64,000 bases of DNA from an uncultured bacterium. GTDB lineage: Bacteria > Chloroflexota > UBA5177 > JANWHV01. A model generated the notes under the pieces. It did not search any database. It was not told the origin of the DNA and worked only from the letters and a program-made list of their open reading frames with translations. The DNA lies in the NCBI GenBank assembly GCA_963827235.1, contig CAWHAE010000009.1, forward strand, positions 1,120,001 to 1,184,000, given 5' to 3'. Each line of letters begins with the position of its first letter. Position 1 is the first letter of the stretch. Position numbers and translations under genes: made by a program. Positions 9,146 to 20,415 of the stretch are shown one piece after another.

Positions 9146-10450
9146 CTACTGGGGCTCGACGATCACGCCACTGAACAGCAGCGTGCCCGTCGTGTCGTCG
9201 CGAATGGCGCACAGGAAAGGCCGGTTGACAACCATGTGGAAGGCCGGCACGATCATGGCCGTGGCTCCTACGCCAATCGAGGTGACCGCCGCCGCCTCGG
9301 TTCCGCTCTCGTCGACGCGCATCACTGCCTTGTGCTGCACCCCGGTGATGAACGCGTGCTGGCCCTGCAGGATGCCCGGGAAGCTGGCCGTCGAGGGGCT
9401 GAAGGCCTGGGCCATGCCCATGGCCGAGAGCGTGGACTTGAGGCCCGCGGAGTAGGTCACCGAGAACCTCGGCATCTGGATGTTGCCGTGTTGCGGCTTC
9501 AGCCCGGCCAAGAGGGCGTTCCAGCCGGCCGGATTGAGCCGGCCGGCGAACGCCGGGGCGCTCGTGCCCGACGGAGGCAGCACGACGTACATAGCGAAGC
9601 CGCCGGCGCCGTAGGGCAGGCGAATGATCTCGGCGGCGGAGGACTTCACATGCATGAACTGGCCTGTCTGGTCCATCATCGGCACGGTCTTGGTTTTCCC
9701 CGATCCGGTGGTGAACGGCCCGGGCTGGGTCGCCGACTTGCTGAACAGCGCGCTCCAGGTTCCCTTGAAATAGAGCGCATCGATCAGCAGCAGCATGGTA
9801 TCCGCATCGATAGAGCCCACGATGGATGGGATCAGGCCGTGAGTCTGCTGATTGACCCAGGCATTGATGGTTGCCGGCGCCTTTGCGCTCTTGAAGTCAA
9901 GCGATTGCAGTGCCGCATTGTACGAGGAGCGCATGGCGGTCTTGAAGGCCGGTACTACCGTGGCACCCAGCCGCAGCCACATCGAGTTGGCGATGCTCAG
10001 CTTGATGTTCACGTCGCGCTGCTGCAACCCGAGCAACAGATCGAACATAGCCGAGTTAACGTCCTTCGGGAGCAAGGACTTGTATGCCAGCGTGCTTGCC
10101 ATGGCCTTCTGCGTCGCGCCCGCCGAGCCGTCATAGACCATTGCCAGGGCGGTGGCCACGCTGAGGGGCGAGAAGAACAGATTCTGGTTGGTCGCGCCCT
10201 TGAGCAGCGTACTTTGCAGTCGGAAGGCAAAGTCGAGGTTGGCGGTGGTGAGAGCGCTGACGGTGGCGGCGGAGCGGGTCGCAACGGCTGGCTCCGTATC
10301 CCTGGCGGCGGCAGCGGCAGACGCGAGCCCCTGCCAGGATCGCGGCCCAAACGCCATCCCGGCGCCCAAGCTGCCCGCGGCCGTCAGGCTCGCTTTGAGA
10401 ACGGACTTGCGTGTATGGCACCCGGCGAGATCGAGTGGAAAGTAGGGCAT
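9146..10450 (-). CDS. Serpin family protease inhibitor, probably exported
   Basis: NLFFSPLS, YFKGTW, hinge DESGTEAAAVT, NRPFL; SD AAGGAG. Confidence 0.93.
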   Translation of the reverse strand: MPYFPLDLAGCHTRKSVLKASLTAAGSLGAGMAFGPRSWQGLASAAAAARDTEPAVATRSAATVSALTTANLDFAFRLQSTLLKGATNQNLFFSPLSVATALAMVYDGSAGATQKAMASTLAYKSLLPKDVNSAMFDLLLGLQQRDVNIKLSIANSMWLRLGATVVPAFKTAMRSSYNAALQSLDFKSAKAPATINAWVNQQTHGLIPSIVGSIDADTMLLLIDALYFKGTWSALFSKSATQPGPFTTGSGKTKTVPMMDQTGQFMHVKSSAAEIIRLPYGAGGFAMYVVLPPSGTSAPAFAGRLNPAGWNALLAGLKPQHGNIQMPRFSVTYSAGLKSTLSAMGMAQAFSPSTASFPGILQGQHAFITGVQHKAVMRVDESGTEAAAVTSIGVGATAMIVPAFHMVVNRPFLCAIRDDTTGTLLFSGVIVEPQ

Positions 10451-10610
10451 CGTAGACTCCTTTTGAGCAGAGGAATATCGATCGGCTGCCTGCTTCCCTA
10501 AGGAAGAGGCCTGTAGTGTGAACGCGTGAGGGTGCGTTATGGTCACGGTACACCCGCAGCGGCCCGGCCGCCAGATCCGCGGTCTTGCCGGTCCGCGTGC
10601 ATGCCCGATG

Positions 10611-11759
10611 CTACAGCGCCTGCGACAGGATCTCGTGCATCTGGGCGTGTGTGAGCTTCACCGGGTTGGCCAGCATGCTACTGGCTACCGCGGACTTCTC
10701 GATCAATGCAGGGAAGTCTCCGGCACTGATGCCGTAGGCGGCCAGCCGAGGAATTGCCAGATCCTCGACGAGCTGTGCCACCCAGGCTACTCCGCGGCAC
10801 GCCGTGGCTCGCGGATCCCCCGTGAGGCAGCGGCCTATCTCGTCGTAGCGAGCACGTGTCTCGCTCGCGTCTTCGCCCAGCGACTGCACGTTTGCCGCCA
10901 TCACCAGGGGCAGAAGGCGCGCGCAGACGGCGCCGTGGGGGGCCGAGAACATGCCTCCCACCGGGCCGGCGAAGCCATGCGCGGCGCCCAGCCCGGCGTT
11001 AGCCAGGGCCAGGCCGCCGAACAGGCTGGCCACGGCCATGTCTTCGCGCGCGGACGCGTCATCTCCATCAGCGTAGGCCCGGCGAAGCGAACGCGCGATA
11101 CGCTCCATGCCGTCCCGGCACAGGGCATCGGTCACAGGGCTGGCTTTGGCGTTGACGAAAGGCTCGATGAGCTGTGTGAGCGCGTCCAGGCCCGAAGATG
11201 CGGTGACGGCTGGGGGCAGGCCGTGTGTGAGCACCGGGTCGACGATGGCCAGACGCGGCAGCATCATCGGGCTGCGCAGGCTGACCTTGACCCTGTGCTC
11301 GGGCGACGCCAGCACGGCACTGCGGGTGACCTCGGTGCCCGTGCCGGCCGTGGTGGGGATCGCGATGCAAGGCACGGGCGGATTGACGACCGGCTTACCG
11401 CGGCCGATCACCTCCAGGTAGTCTTCAATCTCGCCCGGATTGGCCAGCAGCACGGCGATCGCTTTTGCCGCGTCCAGCACGCTGCCGCCGCCGAAGCCGA
11501 TCACCAGGTCGCAGTGCTCCCGGCGGGCCTGCTCGATGCCGGCAAGCACCAGCACGGTGGTCGGCTCACCGGGGATGCGCTGGATCGCGGTGGCGACGCC
11601 GTGCCGCGCGAGCACGTCAAGCAGGGCTGCCGCGCGCTCGGTCGACCGGCCGAGCACGACCAGGGCGCGGCTACCCAGAGCTGCCGCGGCCGGTCCGGCC
11701 TGTTCGAGCGTACCGGCGCCGAAGACAATGCGCGCCGCCGTGGCGAATTCGAAACGCAT
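10611..11759 (-). CDS. Iron-containing alcohol dehydrogenase
   Basis: GGGSVLDAAK, PTTAGTGTEVT, DALTQ, LGAAHG, PHG. Confidence 0.92.
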   Translation of the reverse strand: MRFEFATAARIVFGAGTLEQAGPAAAALGSRALVVLGRSTERAAALLDVLARHGVATAIQRIPGEPTTVLVLAGIEQARREHCDLVIGFGGGSVLDAAKAIAVLLANPGEIEDYLEVIGRGKPVVNPPVPCIAIPTTAGTGTEVTRSAVLASPEHRVKVSLRSPMMLPRLAIVDPVLTHGLPPAVTASSGLDALTQLIEPFVNAKASPVTDALCRDGMERIARSLRRAYADGDDASAREDMAVASLFGGLALANAGLGAAHGFAGPVGGMFSAPHGAVCARLLPLVMAANVQSLGEDASETRARYDEIGRCLTGDPRATACRGVAWVAQLVEDLAIPRLAAYGISAGDFPALIEKSAVASSMLANPVKLTHAQMHEILSQAL

Positions 11760-11805
11760 GAACTCTCTCCTCACTCAGCGGGGGCGATGGGCAGGCGGCC
11801 GATCG

Positions 11806-12114
11806 CTATCCCCAGCCGGCATCGTCGGGAAAGACGTTCGCGTACTTGACGCCGGACCGGGGCTCAGCCATCATGCCGGCAACCGTATCGCGCCAGATCC
11901 GGTAGTGCGCGGTTTCCTTATGCCTGTCCGCGTCTTCGGGCGTGCGGTAGACTTCGACGAGCACGAATCGGGTTTCGTCGTCGGCCTGCTGGATCACGTC
12001 AAAGCGCGCCACGCCCGGTTCCTCGGCGCTCTGGCGCGCATTCTCCTTTGAAGCCAAGCGAAAGTCCTGCACCGACACCGGTTTGACGCGTACATGCACG
12101 TGGACGATATACAC
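11806..12114 (-). CDS. Antibiotic biosynthesis monooxygenase family (LsrG-like)
   Basis: [21 protein letters not shown]. Confidence 0.85.
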   Translation of the reverse strand: MYIVHVHVRVKPVSVQDFRLASKENARQSAEEPGVARFDVIQQADDETRFVLVEVYRTPEDADRHKETAHYRIWRDTVAGMMAEPRSGVKYANVFPDDAGWG

Positions 12115-12213
12115 GCCGGCGCTCCTTTCAGCCGAGGCAAACGATGGCGTACCACACGCCTGGAGTCATTGTAGCGTCGCCCGCCGCGCGCCGGCCGGTC
12201 GACAGAGACCGGC

Positions 12214-12696
12214 CTAGTCTCCGATGGTGACGATGCTGTCGCGCTCGCAGATTCGCTGCGCGTAGACGCCCCTGGAGTAGGTCTCCATGGTTTCGCCGCA
12301 CACGGGGCAGCGCGTGATTGGCTGGAAGTCCGGCAGCGTCTGGTCCTGGAAGTACCAGTAGTAGCAGCGGCGCACGCGATCGATCGCCTGCTGCACCAGC
12401 CGGCCGCGCACGTTGGCGGCGCTCCCGAGGTCTGAAAGCTGCTCGCGTGCCCACTGCTCGTAGGAGCCCGCTTCTAACCACAGCCAATCCAGAGCATCGT
12501 AGCTGTGCCGCCAGTCGGCCAGGGCCTCGGCGACAGGGCGCGACAGGGCCAGCCGCTCCGTGGGCACATCGCGGTGACAGGCCATGCAGTGAAGGGGACT
12601 GGCGCTGAGTGTCGACATCAGCTTCAGCGGGGAGTCGGTGCACCGGCAGAGCTCGTAGCTCGGGGCGAATTCGGGGGGCTCCAGGCGAGCGTACAT
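12214..12696 (-). CDS. Zn-ribbon protein (DUF2310-like)
   Basis: CMAC, CPVCG, LDWLWL..G.YE.WA..QLS, YYWY. Confidence 0.65.
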   Translation of the reverse strand: MYARLEPPEFAPSYELCRCTDSPLKLMSTLSASPLHCMACHRDVPTERLALSRPVAEALADWRHSYDALDWLWLEAGSYEQWAREQLSDLGSAANVRGRLVQQAIDRVRRCYYWYFQDQTLPDFQPITRCPVCGETMETYSRGVYAQRICERDSIVTIGD

Positions 12697-13124
12697 TCTT
12701 CCAGTTCCCTGCTTCCGATACGATGCGGCGGGCGGGCGCTGCCCCCTGTGCGAACGAGCCACGAGTGCCCGAGGCATGAGACCTCCGGCCACGCCGCGCT
12801 CACCGTCCGCCGGACGGGCCGCGGGCGATAGACCGAGCATGAAGCGATATCCGGCAGGGTGCCCGCACGCCATTCGATGGGCAGTTATCCACGGCTCGCG
12901 CCGACGTGTGCAATCATACAGGGAGAGGGGCTGAAGCGGGAAGCTGCACATAATACTGGTCGAACTGGGTTTTCGCCTGGGAACGGCCCAGCCGGGGCCG
13001 CTGGGATCGGCGGTTGTCCGCGCTTTCTCCGCACGCCGGGCAAGCCATCTGCGAGAATGGGAGGAGACGGTTCGGGCCCGGCATCGTAGAATCAGGGTGT
13101 GACCAACCTGGCTGGAGATGTTCG

Positions 13125-14546
13125 GTGGCACAGTTTACCGGTATGCTCACCGTGCGTTGCCGGGATCTCGAGGATCCGGGTGGCTTTTACCGCGCCTATC
13201 ACCGGCGCTTGCTGGCGGGCTTCCGCTTCGTATTTGACGATCCGCGTCTGGGAGAGTCGGACTCGTTGGCGACACTGCTCGGCCGCATACGCGAGATGCC
13301 GGCCCCGGCCGAGTTCCTGAACCTGATCGCGCGGGATCCCGACGGCAGAATCCGTGCCGCGGTGGCCGGAAACGCCGCCCTGCCGCTGGAAAGCGTGCAA
13401 GCTCTGGCCTCGGACGCCGTGCCGCTGGTGCGCCGCGGCGCTGCTACTCACCCGTGGGCACCGCCGGCACTCCTGCGCGGGTTGGCGAAGGACCCGGAGG
13501 AGATGGTGCGCGAACAGGTGGCGATACATCTGGCCACGCCGCCCGACGTCCTGGTCGAGCTCACCCACCAGGCGGTGGTGCGGAACGAGCTGTACGGCTA
13601 CCTGGCGGCCATCGCGGAGCATCCGCGGACGCCGATGCAGGCCCTCACCCTGCTTGCGCTGGTGCCGTTCCGAGACGGCTGGTTGGTGGCCAGGCGGCGC
13701 GATCTGCCGCCGCAGGCGAAGGACCGCATCGTGGAATCGGCGCCCGACCGCTGCCGCGCGGAGCTGGCTCGCAATCCGTCACTCGACGCGGCGACGCTCT
13801 CGCGCCTGTCCGCGGACTCCTCTCCCATGGTGCGCATTGCCGTGCTCAAGAATCCTGCCACGGCGCGGGAGACGTCTGAGGGCTTGCTCTCCGATCCTGA
13901 TCCTGCCGTTCGCGCGGCCAATCCGCTTTCGACCTCGGCCGAGCTGATCAGGCTGATCGACGTGCGATCGCGCGCGGTCGCCGAACAGGTGGCCGGAAAC
14001 CCGTCAACACCGCCTGCCCTGCTAGACCGCATCGCGCGCATGTGGGACTCGGACGCGCACGCCGCCCTGGCTGCAAATCCCTCCGCCCCGCCGCAGACTC
14101 TCGAGCACCTCTACCACGCCGGCGGCGAAGCGGTGAAGCGGGCCTGCCTGGCAAACACCTCGTGCCCGCCTCAGCTCTTGCGCTCGCGCGCCGGGGCGCA
14201 GCACGCTGCGGTTCGGGCGGTGGTGGCGAGGAATCCGGCCACGCCGCGAGACGTGCTCGACTCGCTGACCGGCGACCCTTCCCCTCAGGTGATCAATGCG
14301 CTGGCCGGGAACCCCTCGCTGCCGCAGTCCGCGCTCAGGCACGTGCTCCATCTCTCGGGCGGAGCCGCACCCAATCCGCTGGCGCCGCCGGAGAGTCTCT
14401 GGCAGCTTGCCATCTACGAGAACGACGACAACTTCAGCCAGCGCCGGCAGGTATTCGCCAATCCGGCCTTCGCCCAGGTGTACGCCACCGTGACTACCTG
14501 GCGCGAGGATACTGCCGATCGGCCGGAGATGCCTCCAGCGCCGTAG
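13125..14546 (+). CDS. Leucine-rich repeat variant (LRV)/HEAT-like repeat protein
   Basis: Repeated VR.AVA.NP.TP..L..L..D units; SD GGAG before the GTG start. Confidence 0.8.
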   Translation: MAQFTGMLTVRCRDLEDPGGFYRAYHRRLLAGFRFVFDDPRLGESDSLATLLGRIREMPAPAEFLNLIARDPDGRIRAAVAGNAALPLESVQALASDAVPLVRRGAATHPWAPPALLRGLAKDPEEMVREQVAIHLATPPDVLVELTHQAVVRNELYGYLAAIAEHPRTPMQALTLLALVPFRDGWLVARRRDLPPQAKDRIVESAPDRCRAELARNPSLDAATLSRLSADSSPMVRIAVLKNPATARETSEGLLSDPDPAVRAANPLSTSAELIRLIDVRSRAVAEQVAGNPSTPPALLDRIARMWDSDAHAALAANPSAPPQTLEHLYHAGGEAVKRACLANTSCPPQLLRSRAGAQHAAVRAVVARNPATPRDVLDSLTGDPSPQVINALAGNPSLPQSALRHVLHLSGGAAPNPLAPPESLWQLAIYENDDNFSQRRQVFANPAFAQVYATVTTWREDTADRPEMPPAP

Positions 14547-14651
14547 GGCCCGGAAGCGCGCTACGAACACGGCTGAGCGGCCGTGGATCCTGCACTCCTC
14601 GGCCGCTCAGGTGTTCCGCAGCGGGGCGCACGGGGGCGCCTTGGGGAAAGA

Positions 14652-15545
14652 TCAGTTCAGGTATTCGCGCAGGCCGCCCTGCTCGCCGACTTCGCGAAGA
14701 TGGGAGAGCGCCGCCGTCTCGAGCTGCCGGATCCGCTCCCTGGTCAGGCCGAAGGCACCGCTGACCTCTTTCAGCGTGCGAGGCCGGCCGTCGGACAGGC
14801 CGTACCGCAGATCGATGACCTTCCGCTCCCGCTCGGGCAACGAGCCCACCAGCATGACGAGGCGGTCGCGCAGAATGCTGTTCTCGGCTGCCGCGGCCGG
14901 CGAGATGGCGTCGGTGTCCTCTACCGCTTCGGCCAGGGAGGCATCGTTATCCTCTCCCACCGTGCGCTCCAGCGACAGCGGTTGGGCGACCATCTTCACC
15001 ATCTCCACGACCTTGCTGGAGGGTAGATTGGCGGCCTGAGCCACTACCTCCGCCTCGCGCCCCTCGGGCGAGTCGCCATCTTCCTGCTCCTGCTCGACCA
15101 GCCGCATGGTGCGGTTGAGCCGCGAGATGCCTTCGGTGATGTGCACCGGGACCCGGATCGTCTGCCCCTGGTTGGCGATGGCGCGGGTTACCGCCTGGCG
15201 AATCCACCAGATGGCATAGGTAGAGAAGCGGTGGCCGCGCCGGTAATCGAACTTGCTCGCCGCGCGGATGAGGCCGATATTCCCTTCCTGCACGAGGTCG
15301 AGCAGGGAGAGGCCCTCATTCCGGTAGCGTTTCGCCACGCTGACCACAAGGCGCAGGTTAGACTCGACCATGACGCGGAGCGCCTCTTCATCTCCGGAGG
15401 CGATTCGCTCACCGAGCTCGAGCTCTTGTTGCGGGGTCAATCGAGGAGTGCGGCTGATTTCGCGCAGGTACAGCAGCGTGCCGTCCTCGGCGTAGCCGGT
15501 ATTCCTCGATGTGTCCAAAGCGGGAGTGCTCACGGCAGACCTCAT
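14652..15545 (-). CDS. RpoD/SigA-family sigma70 factor lacking region 1.1 (group 2-like)
   Basis: [49 protein letters not shown]. Confidence 0.93.
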   Translation of the reverse strand: MRSAVSTPALDTSRNTGYAEDGTLLYLREISRTPRLTPQQELELGERIASGDEEALRVMVESNLRLVVSVAKRYRNEGLSLLDLVQEGNIGLIRAASKFDYRRGHRFSTYAIWWIRQAVTRAIANQGQTIRVPVHITEGISRLNRTMRLVEQEQEDGDSPEGREAEVVAQAANLPSSKVVEMVKMVAQPLSLERTVGEDNDASLAEAVEDTDAISPAAAAENSILRDRLVMLVGSLPERERKVIDLRYGLSDGRPRTLKEVSGAFGLTRERIRQLETAALSHLREVGEQGGLREYLN

Positions 15546-15760
15546 ATTCTCGTACGACGGTAACTTCAGCTAGCGCCACCGCCCCACCAAGTAAGGTCTG
15601 CACAAAGTACCCGCGCTCCGTTGCGTGTGCCTCCAGACCTTCCGCCGATTGCTACGCGTCCGCGCCTCAATCGGATGCTTGGACAGTTGGCGACGGCTCC
15701 AGTACCTACTGTACAACACCTGTATAGGTTTTGTCTATATCCTGTGGGGATCAAATCGCT

Positions 15761-15781
15761 AACTTCGACACAACTTCGACA
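15761..15781. promoter_or_regulatory. Direct-repeat operator candidate (AACTTCGACA x2, 11-bp period)
   Basis: Exact 10-bp repeat in the divergent sigma/rmd intergenic region. Confidence 0.45.
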
Positions 15782-16051
15782 GGACTTGCCGTGCCGATCG
15801 CGCGGAGCCGCGGGATCCACGACGGGCGGGATATGGTAGTATTTGGCGGTGGCGGGCCGGCCCGACCTTTGGTCGTCGGCGGGCCACGAAGCGGGCGAGC
15901 CGCCGTCGGAGTGGTGTCTTGCATCTGTCCGCCCGGACGATCGCGGGCGAATGTGACTCACCCGCGCCGGGCCGGCTGCATGATCCCGACGGCTCGCGGC
16001 AGGGCGCGTAGCTGGTGCGAGATGGCGTACTAGAATCTGGTGTGTAGGCGA

Positions 16052-17005
16052 GTGCGGGTACTGATCACAGGGGCCATGGGTTTTGCCGGCAGCCATCTGA
16101 CGGACCAGTGCGTGGCAGAGGGCTGGGAGGTGCACGGCACCTGTATCGAGGCCGAGCTGCGTCTGCCCAGGAGACCCGGCCTCACGCCTTACTGCGTGGA
16201 CCTGCTGGACGCCACGGCGGTGCGCAGGGTGGTGGCGGAGGTGCAGCCGGATCGTTTGTTCCACCTTGCCGCGCAGGCTTCGGTGGCCGCCGCCTGGGCA
16301 GATCCGGCAAAGACGCTGACCGACAATCTGGTGATGACCTTTCGCGTGCTGGATGCCGTGCGTTTGGAGGCGCCGCGGGCGCGCGTGCTCACGATCGGCA
16401 GCAGCGAGGAGTACGGCGTCGTCGATCCGGTGCGCTACCCGATCGCGGAGAGCCAGCCGCTACAGCCTGTCGATCCCTATGGCGTGAGCAAGGTAGCCTG
16501 CGAGACACTGGCGCGCCAGCACGTCTATGCCTATGGCATGCACGTGGTGTGCGCGCGGCCCTTCAACCACATCGGCCCGCGCCAGCGGCGCGGCTTCGTC
16601 TTGCCCGATTTCGCGGCGCAGATCGCCGCCATCGAGCGAGGCGATCTGCCGCCCATACTGAAGGTGGGCAATGTCGACGCCGCCCGAGATTTCACGGATG
16701 TGCGGGACGTGGTGCGCGGCTACCGCTTGATGCTCGAAGCCGGTGAGCCGGGTACCGCTTATAACGTCTGCACCGGTCGCGCTTTGCGCATAGCCGACAT
16801 GCTCGACACGCTTGTCCGCGCCTGCACGGTGCCGGTGCGTATCGAGCAGGATCCCGCGTTGATGCGCCCTATCGATCGTCCAGCCTCGATCGGGAGCTCC
16901 GCGGCGTTGCGGGCCATCTCGGGGTGGAGCCCCGTTGTCCCTGCAGAGCAGTCCGTGCTCGACACCCTGGAGTACTGGAGAGCCGAGGCGCCGGCCTCCA
17001 GGTGA
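16052..17005 (+). CDS. rmd: GDP-4-keto-6-deoxy-D-mannose reductase-like NAD-dependent epimerase/dehydratase
   Basis: ITGAMGFAG, HLAAQ, SSEEYG, YGVSK, RPFNHIGP; adjacent to gmd. Confidence 0.75.
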   Translation: MRVLITGAMGFAGSHLTDQCVAEGWEVHGTCIEAELRLPRRPGLTPYCVDLLDATAVRRVVAEVQPDRLFHLAAQASVAAAWADPAKTLTDNLVMTFRVLDAVRLEAPRARVLTIGSSEEYGVVDPVRYPIAESQPLQPVDPYGVSKVACETLARQHVYAYGMHVVCARPFNHIGPRQRRGFVLPDFAAQIAAIERGDLPPILKVGNVDAARDFTDVRDVVRGYRLMLEAGEPGTAYNVCTGRALRIADMLDTLVRACTVPVRIEQDPALMRPIDRPASIGSSAALRAISGWSPVVPAEQSVLDTLEYWRAEAPASR

Positions 17006-17025
17006 GCCGGTGCCCACCATCGTAG

Positions 17026-18015
<990 letters not shown>

Positions 18016-18032
18016 GATAGGCCCGACCAGGA

Positions 18033-18107
18033 ATATCCACACTTTTGTTATGTATATTGCCAGTTATCCCCAGCACATGGCCGAGTTATCCACAGGTACG
18101 TGGATAA
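18033..18107. promoter_or_regulatory. Cluster of four DnaA boxes with an AT-rich spacer
   Basis: ATATCCACA 18033, TTATCCCCA 18064, TTATCCACA 18086 (perfect), CGTGGATAA 18099 (reverse). Confidence 0.7.
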
Positions 18108-18926
18108 CGGGCGTGCTTCATCGAGGCTGAGAACCCCCGTTAAAGAGGGGGTCTTCCGGGTCGGATCCCGCCGGTTGGGCTCGACCGGGGGACGGACACC
18201 AGCCTCAGCCGCCTGCCAGGAGGCGATCAGTAACCGCTCTCTTGCGCTCAGCTCGACAGCCGTGAGCAAATCGGGACGCCGCTCCCAGGTACGGCGCAAG
18301 GCCTGTTCGCGCCGCCAGCGAGCGATTGCAGCGTGGTTACCGGAAAGAAGTATATCCGGAACGGGCCAGCCGCGGTAGACCGGCGGCCGCGTGAACTGGG
18401 GATATTCGAGCAAGCCTGCTTGGTGCGACTCTTCTACGGTCGATTCCTGGTCGATAACGCCGGGGAGCAACCTGATCACCGCGTCCACCACGGCCATGGC
18501 GGCGATTTCGCCCCCGCTGAGGACGAAGTCGCCCAGCGAGATCTCCTCGGTAGCCAGGTGTTCCCGCACGCGCTCGTCCACACCCTCGTAGTGGCCGCAG
18601 ATCAGGCCAATCGCATGCTCCGCCGCCAGCCTGCGGGCCACGGACTGGCTGAACCTGTTTCCCTGTGGCGTCAGCAGGATGACGGGCGATCCGGCGGGCA
18701 GTGCGGCCGCCTCGACGGAGGCAAAGAGTGGGCCCGGCTGCAGGACCATGCCGGCACCGCCGCCGTAGGGGTAGTCGTCGACCGTGTGGTGCCGGTCGAG
18801 CGCCATCTCGCGGAAGTTATACAGGTCGATGCGCGCCAGACCGCGCGCCACTGCCCGGCCGACGATGCTCTGCCCGAACGGTCCGGAGAACATCTCGGGA
18901 AAGAGCGTGAACACGGCGAAGCGCAT
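18048..18926 (-). CDS. trmD: tRNA (guanine-N1)-methyltransferase
   Basis: TLFPEMF, VDDYPYGGGAGM, CGHYEGVDER, SLGDFVLSGGE, LLSGNH. Confidence 0.97.
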   Translation of the reverse strand: MRFAVFTLFPEMFSGPFGQSIVGRAVARGLARIDLYNFREMALDRHHTVDDYPYGGGAGMVLQPGPLFASVEAAALPAGSPVILLTPQGNRFSQSVARRLAAEHAIGLICGHYEGVDERVREHLATEEISLGDFVLSGGEIAAMAVVDAVIRLLPGVIDQESTVEESHQAGLLEYPQFTRPPVYRGWPVPDILLSGNHAAIARWRREQALRRTWERRPDLLTAVELSARERLLIASWQAAEAGVRPPVEPNRRDPTRKTPSLTGVLSLDEARPLSTYLWITRPCAGDNWQYT

Positions 18927-19177
18927 TCGTCACCCCTCCGCGTCTAGCAGCTTGCCAACAACCAATCATCACGGTTGGATACGGCTTGACACGACGGCCC
19001 CGTGTCGGCTGGCCGACACCGCCGTGCCGAGGTACTGCCAACGTTCTCAGCTGACAGGCGCGAGGGCACGTTGTCGAACGGACGCCCGATCTCTCTGCCA
19101 AGTCCCCGCTGCAGGCACGGCGCTGCATGCTGAAGCCTGTCTGGGCGCTTTCGCGCCTGCCGGGAGATGTTCGCCAA

Positions 19178-19711
19178 TCACTCGAGCAGGCCCTCGATCG
19201 GCTCCACGATCAGGCGCTTGTTCTGCAGATCTATGCTGCGAACAACGTCCTTGAGGGCGGGAATGAGCACTTCGGTCGCACCCATGCGCGCGACGTAGAC
19301 ATCGTTGCTGCCGGTCGCGAGAACCTCGACGATGGCGCCGAGGTGTTGGCCCCCAGTGGTATACGCTTCCAGGCCGATGATCTGATCGTGGTAGTAGCGA
19401 CCTTCCGGCAGCGGCATGACCTCCGAGCGGCGCACGCAGATCGGTACGTCGAAGAGCGCCTGCGCGGCGTCGCGGCTCGCCACACCATCCAGGTAGAGGG
19501 CCAGGCGATCGCCGATCGGCCGCACGGCGAGCACCGTAGCCGGGCGGTGGTCGTCGCCCAGGTAGACGATCTGCTGCGGCGTGAAGCGATCCGGAAAATC
19601 CGTGTACAGGTCAACTTTCAGCTCGCCGCGCACCCCGAAGGCACCCGCGATGACGCCGACGACGACCCAATCCTCGACGGGGGAGCCGGCGCCATCGCCC
19701 TCCGACGTCAA
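19178..19711 (-). CDS. rimM: 16S rRNA processing factor RimM
   Basis: GVIAGAFGVRGELKV, YYHDQIIGL, TGSNDVY, LIP. Confidence 0.95.
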   Translation of the reverse strand: MTSEGDGAGSPVEDWVVVGVIAGAFGVRGELKVDLYTDFPDRFTPQQIVYLGDDHRPATVLAVRPIGDRLALYLDGVASRDAAQALFDVPICVRRSEVMPLPEGRYYHDQIIGLEAYTTGGQHLGAIVEVLATGSNDVYVARMGATEVLIPALKDVVRSIDLQNKRLIVEPIEGLLE

Positions 19712-19935
19712 ACGATCTCCAGCACGGCTCGCTGGCCCTGGCGGACCGACGCCACCTTGAGCAGCGAGCGGATGGCGGTGGCGATCCGTCCCTGGCGCCC
19801 AATCACCTTGCCCATGTCCTCTGGGGCGACCTGCAGGCGATAGATCATCACGCCGTTGTCGTCGACTTCGGTGACCTGCACCTGGTCGGGCTGTGTCACG
19901 AGGGAGCGCGCGATGTACTCAATAAGCTCTCGCAC
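19708..19935 (-). CDS. khpA: KH-domain RNA-binding protein KhpA
   Basis: DMGKVIGRQGR; position between rpsP and rimM. Confidence 0.93.
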   Translation of the reverse strand: MRELIEYIARSLVTQPDQVQVTEVDDNGVMIYRLQVAPEDMGKVIGRQGRIATAIRSLLKVASVRQGQRAVLEIV

Positions 19936-19981
19936 CGGACAACCTCCTCAGTACCGATATCGTTCGGCCTACCCTGAGCTA

Positions 19982-20275
19982 CTACTTGTCCGTGGCTGCA
20001 ACGGCCTCGGCGGGCACTGCCGCCGCGCCCGATCGTTCCACGATGCCGGCGCGCGAAAGCAAGCTGACTACGCTCTCACTGGGCTTGGCGCCCTTCGCAA
20101 TCCATGCCAGGGCCTTCTCTTTATTGATCACGATCTCCGACGGCTCGACGCGAGGATTGTAGTGGCCGATGATCTCGATGAAACGGCCATCACGCGGCGA
20201 CCGCGAATCCGCGACCACGACACGATAGTACGGCTGGCCCTTGGCGCCCACGCGGCGCAGACGAATCCTGACCAA
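19982..20275 (-). CDS. rpsP: 30S ribosomal protein S16
   Basis: VRIRLRRVG...[20 protein letters not shown]; TTG start with SD GGAGG. Confidence 0.97.
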   Translation of the reverse strand: MVRIRLRRVGAKGQPYYRVVVADSRSPRDGRFIEIIGHYNPRVEPSEIVINKEKALAWIAKGAKPSESVVSLLSRAGIVERSGAAAVPAEAVAATDK

Positions 20276-20415
20276 GTACGTGCTCCTCCAATGCAGCCCA
20301 AGGGCGCATGATGCAGACGCAAACACGGGCGCGCTCCGCCCGGGGGAGCGCGTCATCGGCAGTCAAGTATACCACATGGGGTTGACGCCGCGAGCCGATG
20401 GGTCATATGCGATGC

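Noticed and set aside
12885-12893. Single DnaA-like box TTATCCACG
   Set aside because: Isolated, has one mismatch and could occur by chance.
18944-19177. 77-aa ORF between rimM and trmD
   Set aside because: No clear SD, atypical composition and no motif.
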